DNA of 31,981 nt from a virus. The DNA lies in IMG/VR virus record IMGVR_UViG_3300029947_000025, positions 1 through 31,981 of that record; one strand, given 5' to 3'. Shown piece by piece: positions 26,405 to 31,714 of this stretch; the stretch's first letter is position 1; each line of letters opens with the position of its first letter. Under the pieces are notes generated by a model, which saw nothing but the letters and a program-made list of their open reading frames with translations, was not told where the DNA came from and did no database searches. A program made the translations under genes and the position numbers.

Positions 26405-26474
26405 TTTCGAGGTAGCTAATGCGTTGATTTATAGTTTGTTATAGTTGTTGATTTTTGCAATGTACACACGCTGC

Positions 26475-27329
26475 TCACAGATTTTCGGCAACGTCGTCGG
26501 CAACGTCGTCGGAGACGTGGTCGGTCGGTGTGCCGGGATCGGGGGCGACTTCGTGGGTGACTTCGGGAGCGACTTCGTGGGCGGTCGGGGTGCCGGGTCG
26601 GTGGCCGGGGGCGTGGTCGGCGATGTCGGCGCCGAAGGGATGGAAGGTGGCTACGACTTTGGCTATGCCTATCAAGTCCTGACGGGACAGCTCGATGTCG
26701 GCATAGTCGGGGTTGAGACTATGCAGGGTCAGCGTGCCGAGGTGGTCGTCATAGGGGATATGGTCGGCATAGGACGTGTCGGAGTGGTCGGCATCGGGGG
26801 AGGTGGGAAGGAGTAGTTGTTTGACGAGGGTGCCGTCGGCGGTGGCGAAGAGGTAGACGGAGCCGCTACGCAGTGGATCGCCGCGATATAGGCGTCGGCA
26901 GTAGAGTGTGTCGCCGCTATGGATGAGCGGGAGCATGCTGTCGCCGGTGGCTGTGGCTGTGAAGTCGTAGTCGGGGGCGATGTCGAGGAGGTCGCGCCAT
27001 GTGTCGGCTTCGGCTGGTATGGGGGCGATGTCCCAGGCGCCGGCGGCTACGTGTCCGCCATAATGCGGGCGCTGGGTGTGCGTGTCGGGTAAGACCATCG
27101 CGCCCTCGCCCGTCAATAGCCAGTCGGCGGAAATGCGCGGATAGGCTCGGGCAAACCGACGTGCGGTCTGTTCAATGCTGTACCCGCCTGACCCTTTCAG
27201 CATCTGCGATACGCCAGACTTTGATATGTGTAAGGCTTCGGCTATGTCCTGCTGCTTGTGTATTACTCCAATATCTTTCAGATAATCAATCGCTTGATGC
27301 AGTCTCGCTTGTGTATCATTATTTCCCAT
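26475..27329 (-). CDS. CI-type repressor: N-terminal HTH, S24 (LexA-like) peptidase domain and a repetitive acidic/Pro-rich C-terminal tail
   Basis: HTH QQDIAEALHISKSGVSQMLKG. S24 nucleophile context ATGDSMLPLIHSGDTLYC with downstream Lys (TLVKQLL). Divergent from the early operon. Confidence 0.8.
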   Translation of the reverse strand: MGNNDTQARLHQAIDYLKDIGVIHKQQDIAEALHISKSGVSQMLKGSGGYSIEQTARRFARAYPRISADWLLTGEGAMVLPDTHTQRPHYGGHVAAGAWDIAPIPAEADTWRDLLDIAPDYDFTATATGDSMLPLIHSGDTLYCRRLYRGDPLRSGSVYLFATADGTLVKQLLLPTSPDADHSDTSYADHIPYDDHLGTLTLHSLNPDYADIELSRQDLIGIAKVVATFHPFGADIADHAPGHRPGTPTAHEVAPEVTHEVAPDPGTPTDHVSDDVADDVAENL

Positions 27330-27350
27330 ATCGTATAATTGTGGTTAAAA

Positions 27351-27368
27351 CCTAAATAAAAGTTTAGG
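27351..27368. promoter_or_regulatory. Operator O1 (palindrome CCTAAA-N6-TTTAGG)
   Basis: cctaaataaaagtttagg, in the divergent repressor/early intergenic region. Confidence 0.6.
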
Positions 27369-27373
27369 AAACT

Positions 27374-27405
27374 ATTGCCCTAAACAAAAGTTTAGGTTAA
27401 TTTTG
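27374..27405 (+). promoter_or_regulatory. Rightward early promoter (Bacteroidota-type)
   Basis: -33-like ATTG at 27374-27377, a 20-nt spacer, then -7 TAATTTTG at 27398-27405. Direct repeats AAAGTGCGC (27414-27422, 27426-27434) follow in the leader. Confidence 0.45.
27379..27396. promoter_or_regulatory. Operator O2 (palindrome CCTAAA-N6-TTTAGG)
   Basis: cctaaacaaaagtttagg. Second copy, 28 bp centre-to-centre from O1. It lies between the -33 and -7 boxes of the rightward promoter. Confidence 0.6.
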
Positions 27406-27490
27406 TGGTCGAAAAAGTGCGCTAGAAAGTGCGCCCAAAGGTACGGAAAAAAGTGGGCTTTTTCAAGCGAACAATTAAAGACAACGAAAA

Positions 27491-27721
27491 ATGGATATAG
27501 AGAAGAAAGAAGATTTGGTGCTGCGGCGCAACACGGAGTTGCAGGAGCAGCGGCAGGCACGCAACGCGGAGATTGCGGAAGAGTGGGAGAAGCTCCGCCG
27601 CATCCCCGGACAGAGCCGCGGGGAGATAGCGCGATACCTTGCGAAGAAGTATGGGCTGGTGTCGCAGTCAAGTGTGTATGAGATACTGCGTCAGCGACGT
27701 CAGGAAGGAGGTGCGGTATGA
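27491..27721 (+). CDS. Small early HTH-like regulator (Cro/antirepressor analogue by position)
   Basis: 76 aa, the first gene of the rightward operon. Putative HTH GEIARYLAKKYGLVSQSSVYEIL. Confidence 0.45.
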   Translation: MDIEKKEDLVLRRNTELQEQRQARNAEIAEEWEKLRRIPGQSRGEIARYLAKKYGLVSQSSVYEILRQRRQEGGAV

Positions 27722-27945
27722 TGACGGGCGACTATCCGAAGATTGACCCGAAGGGTCGTTACACTGCGGCGCAGGCTGGCGAGCTGCTGGGTGTGCACCG
27801 CAACACGGTGGGTAACTGGAAGCGTGCGGGGCTGATAAGCCCCCGATACTCGAAGCTGAATGGTCGGCCGCGTTATATCGGGTCGGACTTGCTGAAGCTA
27901 TGGGAATGTGAGACGCGGTATATGCCGAAGAAGAGAGAGAGATGA
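27718..27945 (+). CDS. Excisionase-like / MerR-type HTH (HTH_17) protein
   Basis: YTAAQAGELLGVHRNTVGNWKRAGLI...GRPRYIGSDLLKLWE. 75 aa. ATGA overlap with the upstream gene. Confidence 0.6.
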   Translation: MMTGDYPKIDPKGRYTAAQAGELLGVHRNTVGNWKRAGLISPRYSKLNGRPRYIGSDLLKLWECETRYMPKKRER

Positions 27946-27966
27946 ATAATCGAAACGAAAAGAATA

Positions 27967-28197
27967 ATGGGAATAATGAGAACGATGAAAGGCCGTAAAG
28001 GTGAGTGTGTATTGGCGTGGCTTCAAGTGGTAGTTATGGGGCTGATAGCGCTATGGTGTGTATATGGCGCGGTGCGTGCTATGGTGCAGCGTGTGGATGT
28101 GTTGGTAGTGGTCGGCTTTGGCATAGGCGCGTGGGCTGCATGGACGCTGACGCGGATGTCGATAGCGGAGATGCGCGAGGCGCGGAAGGAACGCTGA
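27967..28197 (+). CDS. Small membrane protein (two predicted TM helices)
   Basis: VLAWLQVVVMGLIALWCVYGAV and VLVVVGFGIGAWAAWTL. The start is embedded in the ATGGGAATAATG motif. Confidence 0.5.
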   Translation: MGIMRTMKGRKGECVLAWLQVVVMGLIALWCVYGAVRAMVQRVDVLVVVGFGIGAWAAWTLTRMSIAEMREARKER

Positions 28198-28214
28198 AAA
28201 GGATAGAGGCTGAG

Positions 28215-28310
28215 ATGAAATTCTCGTGTGCGGTGGCGGAAATGGAAGGGTGGTCGATAGAGCCGTTCCTTGATGACATTGTCGCACTGGCTAATCGGTA
28301 TAGGGCATGA
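28215..28310 (+). CDS. Possible 31-aa ORF
   Basis: MKFSCAVAEMEGWSIEPFLDDIVALANRYRA. Its stop overlaps the next ATG (ATGA), suggesting translational coupling. Confidence 0.25.
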   Translation: MKFSCAVAEMEGWSIEPFLDDIVALANRYRA

Positions 28311-28549
28311 CGGAGGAGAGACGATACAGGCGCGGCTGCCTATACAGCGAGATGACGAATAAGGGCAGATGTTCGACCAAGTATGTCCGCGGAGCGAAGC
28401 CCGTCTACTGCTTCCGCTGGGTGGCCGAGATAGTGATCCACGGCAAGCGGCATCGGATGCGTAGTACGAACTACGACAACTGCCGGAGGTGGTTGGATGA
28501 TATGATAGAGAAGGCCGGGCCGATAGAGTATTGGTCGCGAAAAGCATAA
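28307..28549 (+). CDS. Small basic protein, weak AP2-like DNA-binding resemblance
   Basis: 80 aa. FRWVAEIVIHGKRHRMRSTNYDNCRRWL resembles the W-x-A-x-I...GK...LG core of AP2-type domains. The match is weak. Confidence 0.4.
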   Translation: MTEERRYRRGCLYSEMTNKGRCSTKYVRGAKPVYCFRWVAEIVIHGKRHRMRSTNYDNCRRWLDDMIEKAGPIEYWSRKA

Positions 28550-28600
28550 CCATAGGGTAATATATATAGGTTTTTTCATGCAGTTTATGGTAAATCTGCC

Positions 28601-29200
28601 TATACCCGGGGGAGTTCGGGAGGATGTGAGCCGGGGTAAGGGCGGACGATGAAATGTGCGTTTTTTCATATTTCAAGGTGAGTTATAGAGATTAGACATT
28701 TTCATTGATGACCGGCAAGCCCGTGCGGGTGCAGCCGTCAGCCCCGGGGAAGTTCCCACCGCGCTACGGATCTTAGTCCGCCATAACGTCGAACGGCGCG
28801 GTTGTTCGGGCAGTACGGACACGGGGCACGAAATAATGTGGTAGTCGGCTGAGGAATGTCGAGAGACATAGACGCTGCCGATGACCATGGTCGAAAAAAG
28901 TAACATGGATTTCTGTCCATTGGTAAATGCTAAGTGCATGGAGGCGAGGCGCGCTGCAGAGGCAGCCCCCGAGGTGCAGGCCGAGAGGCCGCGGCTTCGA
29001 AGCGTCAGAGGCGTCGGCATATACTGATTTGTCACACTGTTTTGCATTTTCTTCCCGAAAAGCAAGCCGCCGCCTCAATTACCCCCGAAAGGGTGTGCGA
29101 TAGGATAGCCGCACACTGAATGATATAGTCCGGCTGCAAGGCCGCGCTGTTAGAAATTTGGCAACGCTATGCGCGGTTCAACTCCGCGCCGGGGACAAAG
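28601..29200 (+). ncRNA. Candidate large structured non-coding RNA with a tRNA/tmRNA-like T-arm (family unassigned)
   Basis: There is a ~730-nt gap without a + strand ORF in an otherwise tightly packed genome. Many hand-paired helices are present. They include GNRA hairpins (GGCC-GAGA-GGCC 28979-90; CCC-GAAA-GGG 29084-93), the 7-bp helix 29093-99/29110-16, and GCGCGG-UUCAACU-CCGCGC at 29171-89. The strand is inferred from the T-loop orientation. Confidence 0.4.
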
Positions 29201-29280
29201 ATAATGTGGTATGTTGAATGTTGAATGCACACGGCAGGAGACGAACCGCGAAATACTAACAATCTAAATAATAATATTTT

Positions 29281-29793
29281 ATGGAAATGACAATCAATGT
29301 GAAGGTGGACGTGAGCGAGCGCGTGATAGCGCTGGTGGCGCGTCTGCTAAGTGGGCGAGAAAGCGGTCCCGAGGCTGTGGCCATACTGACCGAGACAGCG
29401 CCTAAAGCGGCTGCCGAGGCTGTGACGGCGTCAGCGCCTAAAGCGGCTGCAGCACCGACCAAGCCGTTGACGGCGACGCCGACGGCATCGGCGACAGTCA
29501 AGGCGGCAAAGGCGTCAGTGCCTACAGCCGAGGACGTGCGTCAGGCGATGGTTGAGACGCGCAAGCGTATCATAGGCGAAGGCTGGGATGACCCCGAGAG
29601 TGACGCATACAAGTTCTACCATCGGACGCTGGTGTCGATGTTCAAGACGACAGCAACGCTGCACGGGGCACCGAAGCCGAGCCAGTTGGCCGAGGACGAG
29701 CGTCAGGCGTTTATAGACGATTTGGCGCAGATCCGCAAGGATGACAAGGGCAAACTGACGTCTGACTATGCGGACGGGCCGCTGCCTTTTTAG
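29281..29793 (+). CDS. Hypothetical protein with an Ala/Pro/Thr-rich linker
   Basis: 170-aa ORF upstream of the nuclease. Low-complexity middle (APKAAAEAVTASAPKAAAAPTKPLTATPTASA). No motif recognised. Confidence 0.5.
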   Translation: MEMTINVKVDVSERVIALVARLLSGRESGPEAVAILTETAPKAAAEAVTASAPKAAAAPTKPLTATPTASATVKAAKASVPTAEDVRQAMVETRKRIIGEGWDDPESDAYKFYHRTLVSMFKTTATLHGAPKPSQLAEDERQAFIDDLAQIRKDDKGKLTSDYADGPLPF

Positions 29794-29825
29794 AAACTTA
29801 TATGAATATGGAAACTCTAAGAATA

Positions 29826-31010
29826 ATGGGAACGATGACGAATAATGAGATGATGACACGGGCGCACTCGGTGCTGTCGCCGAGTGGCGCGGAGAAGTGG
29901 CTGAATTGCCCCGGCAGTGCGCTATTAGAGAAAGCCATTGCCGAAGCTACGGGAGACGATGGCAGCAGCGATGCGGCTCACGAAGGCACGGTGGCACATG
30001 CGTTGGCAGCCGAACGCGTGAGTGTGCGGTTAGGCATAGATATGCCCGGCGAACGCGACACGGTGTTGACGGTGGCATACGCCGCCGGCGAGGTCACCGG
30101 CGAGATGGAAGAGTGTGCTGACGCCTACGCGGCGTATATCGGCGGAATGTATGACGAGATGAAGCAGTGCGGAGTGGTGTCTGTGGATATAGAGCAACGT
30201 GTCGATCTGGCGAGTGTCGCCCCCGGGTGCTTCGGAACGGCCGACTGCATCCTCAGAGGCGAGGATGTCGAAGGCGCAGTGGTGCATATCATCGACTACA
30301 AGTATGGTCAGGGCGTCCGTGTCGATGCAGAGCTGAATTCACAACTGATGCTGTATGCCTACGGTGTGTTGCGCGGAGTGGCCGATGATACTGCAGTCGT
30401 ATTGCATATCGTGCAGCCTCGCGTGGCGCATGGCGTGAGCCACTGGCGTACGACAGCCGGTGATATACGTTACTGGGTGCTGGGGACGGCGCGTGCGGCG
30501 GCCGCTGCGGCGTTGCAGGACGGTGCCGAGTGCCGTGCCGGCCAGTGGTGCCGCTTCTGCCGTGCGCGCAGTTGCTGTAAGGCCTTGCAGGTGCGGTCAA
30601 CGGCTACCGGCATGCCGGATGTGCGCCTGATTAGCGATGAGGACTTAGGGCGAAACGTGCTGCCGCTGATACCTCAGATGCGTGCCTGGCTGTCGGCGGT
30701 AGAAGACTACGCGCTTGAGCGCGCGATAGGCGGGGCCGTGATACCCGGGTGGCGTGTAGGCCATGGTCGCAGCGTGCGACGTATAACCGACCCCGCCGAG
30801 GTGCACAAGCGCCTTGCGGCCGCAGGGTATGATGACAGCGACATCGTCAAGCCCGAGGAGCTGGTGAGCCTGACCGAACTTGAGAAGATCGTCGGGCGCA
30901 AGAAATTCGCGATGCTGTGTGCCGACCTGATCGACAAGCCCGAGGGCAAGCCGAAACTCATGCCGACGGCCGATGACGAGGCCGGCGACTTCAAGAAAAT
31001 CGCCGACTAA
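29826..31010 (+). CDS. PD-(D/E)xK nuclease, DUF2800/Cas4-RecB-like, with a C-terminal Cys cluster
   Basis: HSVLSPSGAEKWLNCPGS N-terminal signature. IIDYKYGQG (D..K core). Cys cluster CRAGQWCRFCRARSCC. The start is ambiguous (ATG at 29802, 29826 or 29850). Confidence 0.75.
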   Translation: MGTMTNNEMMTRAHSVLSPSGAEKWLNCPGSALLEKAIAEATGDDGSSDAAHEGTVAHALAAERVSVRLGIDMPGERDTVLTVAYAAGEVTGEMEECADAYAAYIGGMYDEMKQCGVVSVDIEQRVDLASVAPGCFGTADCILRGEDVEGAVVHIIDYKYGQGVRVDAELNSQLMLYAYGVLRGVADDTAVVLHIVQPRVAHGVSHWRTTAGDIRYWVLGTARAAAAAALQDGAECRAGQWCRFCRARSCCKALQVRSTATGMPDVRLISDEDLGRNVLPLIPQMRAWLSAVEDYALERAIGGAVIPGWRVGHGRSVRRITDPAEVHKRLAAAGYDDSDIVKPEELVSLTELEKIVGRKKFAMLCADLIDKPEGKPKLMPTADDEAGDFKKIAD

Positions 31011-31062
31011 TGGCAAAAAAAAAGTCCAATAATAATCAACCAAAATAACGCAATTACGAATT

Positions 31063-31623
31063 ATGAAAAATCTAAAACGAGTAGGCGGCAAGGTGGTCTT
31101 CGGCCCGGTACGCCTGAGTTATGTACACCTTTTTGAAAAATACGCTTTCGAGGGCGAGGATAAGGACAGCGCGAAGTACATGTGCAGCGTGCTGATCCCG
31201 ATGAAGGAAAAGGCCGCGCTGAAAGCCATAGACGAGGCTATCGAACATGTGACCGCGGAAGCCGTGGCGTCCAAATGGCGCGGCGTGCGACCCAAACGCT
31301 TAGCGACTCCGCTGCGCGATGGCAACGAAAAGGAGGGCGCCGGTGATGAGTACACCGATGTGATGTACTTCAACGCCAAGAGCAGCCGCCGAGTGGCCGT
31401 TGTAGACCGCGACTGCGAGCCGCTGACCGACCCCGAAAGCATGTACAGCGGCGTATGGGCGAATGTGTCCGTGACGTTTTTCGCCTACGACGTGAGCGGA
31501 AATAAGGGCATAGGCGTAGCGCTGAACTCCGTGCAGAAGGTGCGTGATGACGAACCTTTCGGGGGTAGCACAGACGGCAGCCGCGACTTCGACGACTTCG
31601 GGACGGACGATGATGACCTATAA
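31063..31623 (+). CDS. DUF2815-family protein (phage ssDNA-binding-like), acidic C-terminal tail
   Basis: VVFGPVRLSYVHLFEKYAF...KYMCSVLIP signature. C-terminus DFDDFGTDDDDL resembles SSB tails. Follows the DUF2800 nuclease, as in known phage modules. Confidence 0.7.
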   Translation: MKNLKRVGGKVVFGPVRLSYVHLFEKYAFEGEDKDSAKYMCSVLIPMKEKAALKAIDEAIEHVTAEAVASKWRGVRPKRLATPLRDGNEKEGAGDEYTDVMYFNAKSSRRVAVVDRDCEPLTDPESMYSGVWANVSVTFFAYDVSGNKGIGVALNSVQKVRDDEPFGGSTDGSRDFDDFGTDDDDL

Positions 31624-31634
31624 GCGAGAATTAA

Positions 31635-31684
31635 GGGCCTTAGGGTCTTTAAGGTCTTTAGTGGCCTTAGAGCCCCTAAGGCCC
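31635..31684. repeat. Inverted repeat with internal phased 8-mers (terminator or protein-binding array)
   Basis: GGGCCTTAGGG 31635-45 pairs perfectly with CCCTAAGGCCC 31674-84. GGCCTTAG lies at 31636-43 and 31663-70. GGTCTTTA lies at 31644-51 and 31653-60. Confidence 0.6.
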
Positions 31685-31714
31685 GACTTTCCTACAATCT
31701 AAGACGAAACAGAG

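Noticed and set aside
26445-26816. 123-aa + strand ORF (GNVVGNVVGDVVG...) and the 26193..26444 ORF across attP
   Set aside because: The first is antisense to the repressor's repetitive tail and S24 domain. The second runs through the tRNA-derived attP core and the int upstream region. Both have low-complexity or implausible composition.
28673-29065. 130-aa minus-strand ORF (and 28023..28676 -, 217 aa) as possible protein genes inside or next to the ORF-free tract
   Set aside because: They are Ser/Arg/Ala/Thr-rich with no domain-like pattern. The 217-aa ORF is antisense to four tightly coupled + strand early genes. They remain the main alternative explanation for part of the tract, so I flagged them in the ncRNA finding.
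29127-29197. Possible complete tRNA gene ending with the T-arm at 29171-89
   Set aside because: The acceptor stem would have only 3-4 bp or a 2-nt bulge. The D-loop is too short. The anticodon arm would need a 7-bp stem with a mismatch and a 10-nt loop lacking U33. It is tRNA-like, not a canonical tRNA.
28849-29260. Resemblance of sub-strings to known catalytic or large RNAs: RNase P (GAGGAAUGUC vs GAGGAAAGUCC; GAAAGGGUGUGCG...CGCACAC vs GAAAGGGUGCGG...GCGCACC; GGUUCAACUCCGCGCCGGGGACAAAG vs GGUAAACUCCACCCGGAGCAAGG), the group I intron S element (GAUAUAGUCC at 29122-31), and the tmRNA 3' end
   Set aside because: I could not build the RNase P P4 helix from the CR-I-like and CR-V-like strings. 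The group I P/Q/R/S elements are not present in the correct order or spacing, and no split host gene is evident. For tmRNA there is no G3:U70 acceptor pair, no matching 5' strand GUCCCCG and no tag reading frame. I treat these as chance or partial similarities until a covariance-model search says otherwise.
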